Counted from the stretch's first letter, positions 1 to 13,231 are shown. The stretch: 64,000 nt of DNA from Ruditapes philippinarum (GCF_026571515.1 NW_026854407.1:124001-188000), one strand, 5' to 3'. The notes: generated by a model from the letters alone, not told the origin. Numbers and translations: made by a program.

Positions 1-1
1 G

Positions 2-133
2 GATTTTTCATTTGTGCCTATAGAAATTATAGATAACAACATGGACCGGTTATGTAAAGAATAGTTTTGGATCTATAAATTAAATATTATGATTCCAAAT
101 AGACAAAATAATAAAGTATTGTTTGATTTATAA
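2..133 (+). pseudogene. Penelope-like retroelement, decayed C-terminus of GIY-YIG endonuclease domain
   Basis: Frame from nt 2 reads DFSFVPIEIIDNNMDRLCKE*FWIYKLNIMIPNRQNNKVLFDL*. This matches the PLE GIY-YIG terminal motif R...E..WI..L.T..P.GLN, with one in-frame stop. A PLE-type hammerhead follows ~200 nt downstream. Confidence 0.75.
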
Positions 134-338
134 TGTGTTACATGAATATTAATATGTTTGTCTATTATTTTATTTTTATTAACACTGTCTAATAGACATC
201 TGTATCACTATTGATCCATTTTAATTTATGTACCAGCTTTATTTAAAACATAAATTTTTGCCGCTAAACGCTATAACGTTTTTCGCGCGTTTAACGCGTG
301 TTCCGTTATGACGTCGCTTCCGGTAATTTTATTTTGTT

Positions 339-375
339 TTGCACTGATGAAGGCATATAGCCGAAACGTATGCAA
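339..375 (+). ncRNA. Minimal type I hammerhead ribozyme (Penelope-type)
   Basis: Stem I TTGCA(339-343)/TGCAA(371-375); core CTGATGA(344-350); stem II GGC-atata-GCC(352-362); GAAA then palindromic ACGT stem III; GTA cleavage triplet ending at 370. Confidence 0.85.
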
Positions 376-878
376 TAAATAATTACTGAATGTTCGTGTT
401 TGTGTGGCTTGTCTGTTTATTTAATTGTAATTTCACACATTTTACACAAATAATAATACCAAATTAAATTTTCACTTTTTACAAATATAAAAGCAATATC
501 TATTTCTCACTGTCAGTTTCAACTTTCTGTAAAATAGGTTGTGCAATTGTCTAGGAATAAAATATCTTTAATGCGTGTTGCGTCAGACCAGCAAATTAGA
601 ATAACTTTGACAACAATTACCAAGACAGACAAAGACTTAACAGTCGTTGACCTAGTTAGAAATCTTACAGCCGACATTTACAGTAATTCTTAAAACAAAC
701 AGATTAGCTTTTAATAGCAAAAGCACTGCGATAATATAATAGTTAACATTGTATCTTAACTACAGACAGTATCACAGGAAGTTCCTATTTATCAGTCATT
801 CGAACAATGAGTGTAATCATTAGTGTTAAGATAACAGTTAACAAACATGATATTTAAACATCGTAATTGAAATTTCTT

Positions 879-1055
879 GGAGTGGCGAGGTAGTATTTAA
901 ACTGTGTGGCTCTCAACCAAGTTACCAAGTGTTCTAGTCCTACTGCAGTAACAAGCATGTTTCCTTATTCCATCAATACTTGTTATTTCTAGGAAGCGAA
1001 CTTGAAAAATGTTCAAAAAGGCTCAAGTTCTCTTCGCAGTCCAGCTTTAATACAT
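879..1055 (+). mobile_element. Degenerate tRNA-derived SINE
   Basis: Decayed tRNA-like head (gtggcgaggtag...gtgttctagtcc) and a body resembling mollusc SINEs (ttctaggaagcgaacttga...). Confidence 0.45.
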
Positions 1056-1164
1056 AATGTAAAACATTATTAACGGTTACAAATTACAATTAAGATAATG
1101 ATATATTATGCTGTAATGATTACAAGTTTTGTATATACTTTACAAATGTGTTTCTTTTGCGCGA

Positions 1165-1428
1165 TTTGTTTGGTTTGATGACGCACAAACACAATTTAGG
1201 TCATTGAGCGTCCTAAACAGGAACGATAATTTGGCTATCCTCGGATATTACAAACTTAAAGCAACATCAGGAGTTAAAACCACCTTACCTGCCTGAGCTA
1301 GAAGATGCATAGAGTCAAGTAATTCGAGTCCATTTAGTTATTACCTCTTATGATTACGCAGGGATAAACGGTGGCTGCAATTCTGATGTATCAACTCTTA
1401 CAGCCAACTCCTAAGCCACGAGAGCGTC
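1165..1428 (-). mobile_element. Degenerate SINE
   Basis: tttgtttggttt tail plus gacgcacaaacacaatttaggtcat, homologous to the tail of the SINE at 28598-28871; decayed head (aagccacg) at the right end. Confidence 0.45.
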
Positions 1429-1486
1429 TAAGACTCTCAAGAGTATTTGATCAACAACAGAAGTGGGAACAGTTCAATGGAAAAAA

Positions 1487-1675
1487 ATCGAGAAAATAAG
1501 AATCCCAAAAGTCCAAAACGGCAAAATTGAAAATGTTGCAGGCTCTGTTTGATTGAGTCTGTTCATGGACGGTACTGTTAAGTGCAAACTGCTGTTCATG
1601 TACCCTAGCAGCGGCTTAAATAGATTGCAACATTTAAACATGGTCCCCAAGTAATAGAAAACATGTGCCCAAAAC
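1487..1675 (+). repeat. Multi-hairpin element copy 1 (hairpins 3-4 deleted)
   Basis: Aligns to the reverse complement of 61634-61982; has caggctc/gagtctg and catggacggta/tgctgttcatg stems. Confidence 0.85.
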
Positions 1676-2837
1676 CATCCATTTCGTTACAGGCGTTTGT
1701 AACAAAATAATTAGATACAAAAAATATTTATCGACTAAATTCATGTAATCACAGTCATGCTTCATAAGAATTTTCTAAGTTTCTGTTGAGTTATTTCAGC
1801 AATTAAATATTTAAAAACACTTAAACTATTATATAATAAATTAGGTGTTTGTTAAATTTTCATAGAATAAGTCGAGTTAATAGATCGTGTCTATTCTATC
1901 TATCTTCACAAAGACATGGTTTTCTAATATTTGTACAATGTATTAAAAAGAATATTCAAACGTTTCATTTATCGAAGCCTTAATAAGTAGGTATTATGTA
2001 ACTTTACTTGTTTAAGGGAACCTTTTAAAAAGGTCCCACCGTCCTACTGTTGTAAGTACATTTTGATTGATGAAGTAGATAAGTAATTTTCAGTCCAATT
2101 TCTTCCAAATGAACCTATTCTAGTATACGGAAACTCAAATTAGTAGACAATCTTATAAGGTTTCACAGATAATAAACTTTAAGTACAAAAATAATGGAAG
2201 TGGGTTGAAGCAACTTACTTTTATGTCAGAAACTGAACAAACTACCGACTTTTATCTATTTTTGGTGCTTAATGATTTAGATTGCTCCAATTACTCTCAA
2301 GTCACGAACGAAAAGCATAAATCAGACAAATAGAAAATATATACAATAAGAGTGATGAATAGCGATTTGTAAAACGAATTTTATGCTGTTTAAAAACATT
2401 GCTGATGGATTGATTAAGAAGATGCCTATTGTAACGTACAGTAACATTGTTATACTTGTTTTGAAGAAAGTCTATTAAAAGTAAAGATATTAAGTAAATC
2501 AACATCAAATATCACTATACAAAATGAATTTTATGATAGATTTTGCAATGCATGTTTGGTATTATTTTTTTACAATAAAAGGATCAATTATGACAAAATA
2601 AAAAACACCCCCCAAAAAAAATGAAATTGTTATATTCAATAATTTACTGTATATTGAAAACAACAGGAATTACTGAAAGCAACAAGACTTTTCGATCACG
2701 CTTAGACAGTCTGGTAAGATTATATGCAAGATTGATACTCATTTTGACAAAAAAAAATCAATAATTTCTATAGTCCGTGCATTAAATGAACCTATATTCT
2801 TTCTTACACAAACTGACCGTTAGTCGCCTGGAAAGAT

Positions 2838-3080
2838 AAATGAGCCACGTCATGACAAAACCAACATAATGCGTTTGCGACCAGCATGGATCCAGACCAG
2901 CCTGCGCATACACGCAGTCTGATCAGGATCCATGCTGTTCGCTTACAAACCCTATTACAAGTAGAGAAACTGATAGCGAACAGCATTGATCCTGATCAGA
3001 ATGCGCGGATGCGCAGGCTGGTCTGGATCCATGCTGGTCGCAAACCCATTATGTTGGTTTTGACATGACACGGCTCAAAT
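2838..3080. mobile_element. Palindromic MITE (~240 bp, ~105-bp inverted arms)
   Basis: tgagccacgtcatgacaaaaccaacataatgcgtttgcgaccagcatggatccagaccagcctgcgca... is mirrored by ...tgcgcaggctggtctggatccatgctggtcgcaaacccattatgttggttttgacatgacacggctca. This explains the overlapping ORFs on both strands. Confidence 0.9.
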
Positions 3081-4087
3081 ATTGGCAAACACACGGATGT
3101 CCCGAAAAAATCACTATTCTTTCTTTCCGATAACATGCCATTTTAAATGGAAGTTATATTTTATGAATGCAAAAGTATTGTTATTTTGATCAATGTGTAT
3201 TTGAAAACATATAAATTTTTAGAACGTGTCTGTATATTTTAATAACGTGAGATAAGATTAAATTTTGTCCTGAGGTTTGTTGAATGAATAAGAATTCAAT
3301 CTGTGCAAGTTTACTTGACACGTAATGTTCCAATTCAAATAGTATTCGTATTAACGTGGGCTTCCGGTTTGATACTATACCAGAATATAAAAAAAATAGT
3401 TTTATTAGAAATTAGATATTTTATTAAAAAAACATTAATTCATATTAATACTTACTAGCAGATGATGATTAAAGAAACCATCATCAAATTAATATAAACA
3501 ACTTGTGGTAATGTTTTCCTGTGGCCTTTGCCGAAAATGAAATCTAGCCTTTAATTTGATTACATAAAATTTAAGACGTTGTTGTTATATAAATTAATGT
3601 AATGAATACACGTTTGTGTGTTTTTATGGAAACTGTTTACAACCAGATAAGCATTGACCCGTCTGTAAAATAGTTACATCATTGATATTTGTCTTAAATG
3701 TTGCCAAATCTGAAATAAAAAGTATTTGTTTGATATAGGACACATTAAATGTTGGACATTTTTTATTAAATAATACTAAGTTTTGTCATGAATAAAGATA
3801 TATGAAATAATTCAAAGTCATATTGACGTTAGATGTAGAAACTGACGCAAATAACCAACACACAACACATAGTACAAGATAATTTAATTATCGAAATAAA
3901 TAATAGCATATAACAGCCTTAAATTTTCTGACCTTATCAGGTTCGCTGTTTTTTTTCAAAATTTCCTTATGACAGGTATGAAAGAATTATGGATATGTGG
4001 TTTAAGATGTTAAAACATGAGAGAAGCTACATGTTACCAAACCGGGTTTGTAAGTCACTTACGTAAACAAATCGTCATATTACACAC

Positions 4088-4382
4088 TAGAGAGCAATAG
4101 AATCAATAAAGGAAGCCCAAATGACAAAATGTTGCACGCTCGCTTCGATTGAGCATGTTCATGGACGGTACTGGAAAGTGCAAGATACCATCCACGCCCT
4201 CTAGTACCTGGTTATGCAGTTTTTACAATTTAACATAAAATTGTTTAATTAAGAATTTTTGAACATCCGCAGATGTGTTCATACGGCGGTTATCATGGAA
4301 CCCTCAATGTGACACGTTAGTGCCATTCCATGATCGGCGGCGTATGACCCCCAGGCAAAAGAATGTGTGTACATTTAACGGT
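4088..4382 (+). repeat. Multi-hairpin element copy 2 (near full length)
   Basis: All four hairpins present, including acatc-cgca-gatgt (4263-4276) and catacg..atcatggaa/ttccatgat..cgtatg (4280-4346). Confidence 0.9.
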
Positions 4383-4597
4383 GGAAATACGTTTAATTCC
4401 ATGCTAAATAAATATAATTTGATTCACAATATCAGAGGAAAATTTAGTGTTGGCATGCAAATAGTCAACCGCTACTAGCTTGATATTATAAGATTCTCAT
4501 TTTTATTGTCATTTACGAAGTTTAACATAACATCTTAAGCATATTAGAGCATTAGGCACGATATGGCCAATTATGTGTTTACATGCCATAAAAATCC

Positions 4598-4619
4598 AAA
4601 CAAACAAACAAACAAACAA
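4598..4619 (+). repeat. (AAAC)n microsatellite
   Basis: aaacaaacaaacaaacaaacaa. Confidence 0.85.
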
Positions 4620-7600
4620 GGATTCAAAGAGCATTTTAGGACAATTTAAAACTTGATTTATATTGAGCAGGTAGTATACCATCCAAATAGGATTTTGCTT
4701 AATTTGATCTTATACAGATGGATTGCTTAAATCATTTTCTAACTTTAGCAACCTAACTGTATAATCACATTACTTTCTTTCACTTGAAAAGTTAAACATT
4801 TAATAATTATTTTAATCAGAGGGTACATTTTAATCACTTAATATTTTATTTCAAATGTAATATTTATCTCTTTATTTATAGGTCGGACGATATTATCTAG
4901 CAAATCTACATACACTTGTAGTGAGAAAGAACTAATTATTAACTATTCTGTTCATGTCTGTCTTTTTGTAGGTAAGCTTATTTACATTTCAATGTACAAC
5001 TTTATTACAAATCAGCTAAAAAAAACTCTTGCAAATTCAACAGAGTGCAATAACTACCTTTTGTATCATAGTTTTGGGACCTTTCTGTTTCTGTTGTGTC
5101 AGAGTTAAATCGTATACATATACATGCACATAACATGCGATAACTGGAGTGCAGGTAAAGTCACTCGCACTGCAGAGCATGCCCATTGATTGTCTCATTT
5201 TTGCTGGGATTTACTTCTTGTGACGGCAGAGAAATGGAAAGTGATAAAAATATTCAGATGCTCGTTCATTGGTTACTTTCTTCTTGGGTTTAGTATGTGA
5301 CAAAAGGAAACGTGTTTTTATGTTTGATTATGATACAAAAGAGAAAGAACATCAAAACTCTCGGCAATCTGATTAATACTTGCTGTATACGCCCCCTCGT
5401 ACAAATCAGATAACCACGTGTTTCGATGCGCTTTCTATTACACATGTTTGTCATTTTAAAAATAAAACGATATTTTAAACAAAAGGATAAGATTAATACG
5501 TCATGCAAAGAAAGCTTCTTTTGTAAGTGTTATGTCTACATAATAAGTCTAAATACGTAAAAAGAGGGAAACTCCAATTGAAACTTTGTACCGAAGGAAT
5601 ATTGATAATGGTCAACAACCTTGTATTCAGTAATGAATAGTTACAGTAAGTTAACACACATTTGTAAGATATATTCATGTTAAGATGTTAAGACGTGATT
5701 ATATTAAGACAAATTGATTTAGAACCATTTGTACTGAGTGCGATCAATTAGCAAACAAATGATACCAACATTTACAAGCTTTAAGGTCAACAGCATCGTT
5801 AGGGAAAACATAAGAACCGCGTTGTCTTTTATAACTACAATAACTACAACATTTGTATCTTGATACATTGTATAATTTGTAAGTATAGGTAAAAGAATGA
5901 TTGTGTATAAGATTCATGATGCATGTATTGTATAAGTCAAAGCTCTTAAATAGAGCATTAAATATTTAACAATAAAAACATTGATAATACTATAGAAATT
6001 TATTTACATCAATTGGAATTCTAAAACAAATAATTTTGAAAGAAATCATTTTACATTTCTGATTCCAATTTTTGTTATTTTCTATTTTGTTTTTGTACAA
6101 AAGAACGCAATATATCATCATTTAAAGTTAACTGTAACAAAAATATATAAAATATATTAATTTAAAAGACATTCAAAACCCATTATCAGAATAAAGTTAT
6201 ATATCTTATAATATTATTTTACATATTTGTTTGAAAGGTTTATGTTAATGGAATGGCATGAACATGTACAAGATGTATTACACGTTGCACAACAATAATT
6301 TCTGATTTATGTTACACGTGTTCTAAAGAGAAAATATCTAAATAGTTGATATCTAAATAATACTTGAAAACAAAATCACGTACTGTGTTATACCTTTTCT
6401 TCCTGTATGGTAGTATTCCTAATACAATTCATATTTAAATTCAGTTAAAGCCTAACGTAGTATTACAGACGTAAACTGATTTGATCTATGGATTCGAAAA
6501 TTGACATGACACATAGTTAAATAATAGAAATATCAATATGTAACCATATTTTAAGAATGAAAACAAGTTAATTTTTATACAAAATATAAACATAAGATAT
6601 TGCTCCGCATGACTAAGATGTGTCATATTCGCTAAAGATTTGATTTCTTCTTTTATTTCGATTGTGTCATGATTTATGTCTGTTTAGAACTTTCTCGTTT
6701 TACAATTATAATTCAAAGATGAAAATGTGACATTTATTATATAGATAATAACATTCATGAAAGTACATTTCTTTTCGATTTGATTTTCATAAATTACTTA
6801 AATTAATAGAAAACATCATACATTTTTTTTCAAAATTTAATAAGTACTCGAAGAATAAAATGATCAAAACAAGATTTGCCTTTGTCAATGAGATGACGTT
6901 GTTTGTATTGCTATAATTGTCGGAAAAGTAAGTCCAATAGACTCAGATGTTCAAGAAAACAGATAACTACAAACATCTGAATAAATATTACCACGACCTC
7001 GTGTTGGAAATAATTCAGGAAGCAAACAAATAAATAAATGAAGATATTCTAAGTGTGTAGACAAACCTTTATCCTTGATATACCTGCATTAATAGCCAAT
7101 TTAAACATTATTAAAATATGCAAATAAAACGAATTCCTTTGCTATCATCAAACTTAGTTTGCAGAAAAAAACAACTAATAGAACTTGAATATCTAAATCC
7201 ACAATTACAAAAACACATTGATATCTTGAATTCATTTGTCAATACCTTTTCCATTATTCCAGTATCTCTGCGTCCTTGAATTTTGACAAAATAAAACATA
7301 AAACAGTCTAGGAGACTGTAATAAATATGCTGCAGCTAGTATATATGTTCATATTAAAATTCCTTTATATATATAACCTGCAAATGATATCAGAATAGTT
7401 TGTATTTTAGCAAAATATATCGAAGCGTTTAAGTAAAATATTGATTTCTTGCTATTTTGTAATATTTCTTTTTTATAAAATGGAGAATTACGTTCTTCGA
7501 CTACGCATTGTGATGTATATTTCATTTATACATATTTAAGGCCTCGGTAAATACCAAGGTCATTTGATTAATGTCGACATGTCGACAAATAAAATCTTTG

Positions 7601-7809
7601 TGTGAAGTTTTGAAAACGTTAGGAAGAACGAAAACGCAAGAAACATTTAACAATTTAATGATGCTTCCTTTAACAGTAATATGTTAAGACATGTAGCTGT
7701 ATTTTATTATGTCATGTCATATAAGTATAATGATTTTACAACCCTGTTCATGGGTATAACTTTAGTACCATATTTCTGTTTGTATAAGACAATCGTTTAC
7801 TACCTCCAT

Positions 7810-8045
7810 TTATTCGAATGTAAGGCTAACATTAACCATGTTTGGTCACAACCCAGGGGTCAGTCGACTTTCCTGGAAAACAAGCTATCACTCATTTGCC
7901 CAAAGTGAATTTGTGGAGAGCAGAAATGACCGTTAGACTCAATATCCGACCAGTTGTCACGAGAGAATTTCCTCTCGGCCAAGGATCGACCCAGCTTCCT
8001 CTAGATAATAAATTCGTTGCTTGGTCTACTAAGTTAAGCGGGTGG
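7810..8045 (-). mobile_element. Degenerate SINE, probably Deu/Nin-domain type
   Basis: gtggagagcagaaatgaccgttaga...tcacgagag resembles the Nin/Deu central domain; ggatcgaccc B-box remnant and a decayed tRNA-like head at the right end. Confidence 0.5.
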
Positions 8046-8737
8046 TCTCAACTTATCACGTTTGAGAAAGCCCAAGTGCATATTTGTAACATGTAGTAAA
8101 TAACATAGCCATTAGCATGTGTCGAGAAGTTTTTTCATATCCAGTGACTAGAATTTTAATTACCCTTTTTGTTCTCAAGATATTCACAACATGTTTAAAA
8201 GAATTCTAACGCATATTTGTATTTACTGTTGACAAACTGACGTCTTAAGACGAAACATTTTCTTTATACGAGTATTGATGATGTCATGTTGACTAAACAA
8301 AAAAAGATATTTCTGTTACATGCTTGCGTTTACTTATGAAAAATGACAAAAATTGAATTCAAAATATGTAAATCGTATTCAAATGAATTCCATTATTCAT
8401 TGAAGGTGTCTGTATAACAGAAGACACCGACTTTCTTAGCCTTTACATGGTGGTTGTTCACATCATTCTACTTTCCAATTCAATATCAGGAAATGTATTA
8501 TCATTTCTTATTCAAATATTGAATATAATCCTAACTGGTTATTTCTATTGCCAGAAAACGAGTCATATTTTATTGTCGCAATCATTTGGACAGAATTGTT
8601 TTTTTTAAGTATTTAGGAGAAAACAGAAAGAGACACATATGTTAATTTAATTATGCCTATAATGTGATCAAACATTGTCTATAATTTGTATCACACTCAC
8701 ACTAGGATACTCAGCATTTTCTGATAATATTGAATAA

Positions 8738-9010
8738 CAGAAATAAAAATAAAAAAATCCCTACAGAACGTCCTAAACTGCAAAATTGAAAATATTGCAG
8801 GCTCGGTTTGACTGTAACTGTTCAGAAACGATACTGGAAAATGCAAGCTACCGTACAACCCCCTAGTGGCGACTTATTTAAATTCATCATTTAAAATAGA
8901 AACGGTTAAAATAAGTATTTAATTAAGAAACATCCGGAGGTTATCATGGAACCTTCATTGTGACAAGTCTTTGCCATTCCATAAAAAGAGGCCTATGGTC
9001 CCCAAGTCAA
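8738..9010 (+). repeat. Multi-hairpin element copy 3 (diverged)
   Basis: gcaaaattgaaaatattgcaggctcggtttga...ccccctagtggc...tcatggaaccttcattgtgac...ccattccata...tatggtccccaagt. Confidence 0.85.
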
Positions 9011-9677
9011 GTTTGGACCATTTATTCATAGGACATGATCTTAAACGTGTTATAATAATTATGAAACATTTGATATATTTATCTTGAAAATTCACAGTAC
9101 ATCAACTTAAGTTAAGCTTTGAATAATGCTATTTTCTATATTATCTTAATGATATGACTGATCTGTCTATTTTATATGTAAACTGTAGGGGACTTCAGAA
9201 ATTTATAAAAGGATAAAGAGTACTACAATTTTTTTAAAAGAACATTAATGTGATATATTTGTCTGCAGAATTCTCATTTTCAACAGGAGCAATTTAAGGA
9301 TTTTTACACAGAATGGGATTCAAAATTTACTAGTATTCTACTCAGCTTGAGAATAATATAAGAATAAGAATATATAAGAATACATTTCGTATAAATAATA
9401 TATATAAAACGCAATAATCTAATACAATGAATAAAAGCTATTAAAGATCACATTAGAAATTAGAAAAATCGTGATCTTTTGATCTGATGAGATTAAACAA
9501 TTAAATAATTTGAAGGGGGAACTAAGTAAATTACAGAATGGGGTCATACAGGTCTTATGATATAATCACAAACTATTGATTGTGAAAAAACATTGTAAAA
9601 TGTTTTGTAATTCAAGAAAAGATTTCCATCAATTCTTTTGTACATGAACATATGACAAATATTACGTATTCTTTTTG

Positions 9678-11784
9678 TTTTTAGCTCACCTGTCACAAAG
9701 TGACAGGGTAAGCTTTTGTGATCGCTTTTCGTCCGGCGTCCGTCCGTCGTCCGTCCGTCGTCCGTCGTCCGTAAACTTTTACTTTAAATGACATCTCCTC
9801 ATAAACCACTAGGCCAATTTCATCCAAACTTCACAGGAATGTTCCTTTGGTGGTCACCTTTAAAAATTGTTCAAAGAATTTACTTCCATGCAAAAATCTG
9901 GTTGCCATGGCAACCGAAAGAAAAAACTTTAAATCTTCTTTTAAATAACCCTAAGAGCTAGAGCTTAGATATTTGGCATGAAACATCTTCTAGTAAGTGT
10001 CTACCAAATTTGTTCAAATAAAAGCCCTGGGGTCAAAATTGGCCCCGCCCGAGGGGGTCATTGATTTTCCCTTGATGCATATAGTAAAAACTTAAAAATC
10101 TTCTTTTAAAGAACCCAAAAAGCTAGAGCTAAGATATTTAGCATGAAACATGTTCTAATGAGTGTCTACCAAGTTTGTTCAAATAAAAGCCCTGGGGTCA
10201 AAATTGGCCCGCCCCAGGGGGCCATTGATTTTCCCTTTATGCATATAGTAAAAACTTAAAAAATCTTCTTTTAAAGAACTCAAAGAGCTAGAGCCAAGAT
10301 ATTTAGCATGAAACATGTTCTAATGGGTGTCTACCAAGTTTGTTCAAATAAAAGCCCTGGGGTCAAAATTGGCCCCGCCCCAGTGGGTCATTGACTTTCC
10401 TTATATGTGTATAGCATAAACTTAAAAAATTTTCTTTGAAAAAACCCAAATTATTAAGCATGAAACATCTTCTAGTGAGTGTCTAAATGTTTGTTCAGAT
10501 AAAAGACCTGGGGTCAAAATTGGCCCCGCCCCGGGGGTCATTGATTTTCCTTATATGTGTATAGCAAAAACTTAAGTCTTCTTTGAAAAAACCCAAAAAG
10601 CTAGAGTTTAGATATTAAGCATGAAACATCTTCTAGTAAGTGTCTACAAATATTGTTAAAAAAAAAAGCCCTGGGGTCAAAACTGGCCCCACCCTAGGGG
10701 TGTCATTGTTTTTAACTATATGTGTATAGTAAAAACTTAAAAAAATATTCTTTTAAACAGCCCAATGAGCTAGAGCTTAGATGTTTAGCATGAAACATCT
10801 TCTTATGGGTGTCTACCAAGTTTGTTCAAATAAAAGCCCTGGGGTAAAAATTGGCCCCGCCCCAGGGGGTCATTGATTTTCCCTATATGCATATAGTAAA
10901 AACTTAAAAAATCTTCTTTTAAAGAACTCAAAGAGCTAGAGCTAAGATATTTAGCATCAAACATGTTCTAATAGGTATCCACCAAGATTGTTCAAATAAA
11001 AGCGCTGGGGTCAAAATTGGCCCCGCCCCGGGGGTCATTGATTTTCCTTATATGTGTATAGCAAAAACTTAAAAAATCTTCTTTGAAATAGCCCAAATAG
11101 CTAGAGTTTAGATAGTCAGCATGAAACATCTTCTAGTGAGTATCTACAAAGTTTGTTCAAATAAAAGCACTGGGGTCAAAATTGGCCCCGCCCCGGGGGT
11201 CATTGATTTTCCTTATATGTGTATAGCAAAAACTTAAAATCTTCTTTGAAAAAACCCAAATAGCTAGAGTTTAGATATTAAGCATGAAACATCTTCTAGT
11301 AAGTGTCTACAAAGTTTGCTCAAATAAAAGCCCTGGGGTCAAAACTGGCCCCGCCCCAGGGGTGTCATTGTTTTTTACTATATGTGTATAGTAAAAACTT
11401 TAAAAAATCTTCTTTTAAATAACCCTAAGAGCTAGAGCTTAGATGTTTAGCATCAAACATCTTCTAATGAGTGTCTACCAAGTTTGTTCAAATAAAAGCC
11501 CTGGGGTCAAAATTGGCCCGCCCCAGGGGGTCATTGATTTTCCCTATATGCATATAGTAAAAACTTAAAAAATCTTCTTTTAAAGAACTCAAAGAGCTAG
11601 AGCTAAGATATTTAGCATCAAACATGTTCTAATAGGTGTCTACCAAGTTTGTTCAAATAAAAGCCCTGGGGTCAAAATTGGCCCAATGAGCTAGAGCTTA
11701 GATGTTTAGTATGAAACATCTTCTTAAGGGGGGGGGGGGCTATATACAGGTGAGCGACCTCAGGGCCATCATGGCCCTCTTGTT
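9678..11784 (+). mobile_element. Non-autonomous Helentron-type element (HINE; pearl/DTC84-like) with ~11 internal ~165-bp tandem units
   Basis: 5' subTIR tagctcacctg with gtcac-aaa-gtgac; (CGTC)n-like microsatellite 9731-9772; ~11 units marked by ggggtcaaaattggccc; 3' subTIR caggtgagc (11747-11755); palindrome agggccatcatggccct followed by cttgtt. Confidence 0.9.
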
Positions 11785-11954
11785 TTATTTATACAATCAT
11801 ATGCTATGGTAAGACATATTGTACGATATAGAGTAGGATTTCTTCAACCTACATATACATACCTATTAACGAGGAAATAAATATCATAGATTTTTTTAAA
11901 AATTACTTATGTGTCGGTGGACGGAGACATTAGGGGACTAAGACTTAGGTAGGA

Positions 11955-12060
11955 TTGTGAACAGTAGCTTTTTCAGTACTGTCAATGAACAGATTATTCA
12001 AACCGAGCTTTTCAATTTTGCCGTTTTGGACGTTCTTTAGCAATTCTCTTTCTCTCTATT
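11955..12060 (-). repeat. Multi-hairpin element copy 4 (truncated)
   Basis: cagtactgtcaatgaacag...aaccgagcttttcaattttgccgttttggacgttctttag...tctctat. Confidence 0.75.
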
Positions 12061-13144
12061 TCAACTTCTATAAAAATATAATCAGAAATTGACATTTTTT
12101 TTATATTTGGATGAGTAAGCAAAAGTGGAAAATTAATGATATACACGTATTCAGAGCGGTTCTGGATTGTAATGCACATTTCTTCTTTCAGTATATCAGT
12201 TTTGTAAAATAGTTTTGCAAGAACTGATCGATTTGTTAAAGATATTTCTTGACTTTATTTTAAATTTAGATTGTAGTTAAGAACAAATATCTCAGCATCA
12301 TTTAAGTAGGTCGCTCATCTGTTGTGATATGTTTGTAGTCGTCATGAATACTCTTAGGCAAAATAACTGTCTATTTTGAAAGATTTATTTGTCTACGTTA
12401 GATACTATTTCTTATTTTCTTCGATATCAATTATCATGTTTTGATCGGACAATAAACGACAGAAAAAAAAATCTGTAGAAAGTATGTGATAAGCAGGCTT
12501 CACAATCTCAGATTTGTTCATACATTGTATAACGGTGATATGAAATCTTCAATGCAACACATGCGTATTCTTTCAAGACAATGGGTATCCAGGTCCTAGA
12601 CGAAAATACAATTAGCTAAATCAAACCGAATTTACAAGATTTTCAAATATTAATTTTCTATTTTACCTTTTGAAATATTAATCAGTTTTCTTTCAACAAA
12701 ATAATCTGATGTATGGGTTCCTTTCTGATAACAACGACATAAGCTTAACACTTAATACGACTATTAAAATCTGAAAATACGAGATATTTATTAACATAAA
12801 TGTTTTATGATCCTGCACTTTTACAGATCATAAGGTTTTGAAACAATACATTTGCACGTTCACATATTTTCAAGCGAATGAGCTACAATGTACAAGTTTA
12901 TCAACAAAATGTTTCAAATTTAGAAAATACATGTACCTTTACTATAAAAATGTGATTTTGAATATAATGATTTTTGATTTTTGACTACCATGAATATAAT
13001 CCTTAAGAATGTTAAAATTACAAATATTTGGAACTAACTTATGCTGATAAATTGAACCTTTGTTTACACATTAAAGATTAATAACACTTAGTATATATAA
13101 AAGACAATGTAAAACATAACTGCTAAGTCTGGATATCAAATCAA

Positions 13145-13231
13145 AGGGGGCTCATAAGGTCTCCACTCAACAGTAAAGCCGCCGGTAAGTCGTCGTTTGA
13201 CCATAACAGTGTTGGTGTGACGTTAAACAAA
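13145..13231 (+). mobile_element. SINE 3' tail fragment
   Basis: aggtctccactcaacagtaaagc...gaccataacagtgttggtgtgacgttaaac matches the tail of the SINE at 28598-28871. Confidence 0.55.

Larger units (their letters stand above)
1..430 (+). mobile_element. Penelope-like element 3' end / pseudo-LTR
   Basis: GIY-YIG remnant, then a CpG-rich patch (260-325, with TGACGT and CTTCCGG), a hammerhead and AATAAA at 374-379. Right boundary approximate. Confidence 0.7.

Noticed and set aside
2804-3068. Overlapping ORFs on both strands
   Set aside because: Artefact of the palindromic MITE.
4275-4478. ORF through the hairpin element (also 61866-62102 and 21151-21339)
   Set aside because: Other copies have stops and indels and show no clear synonymous bias; no recognisable domain.
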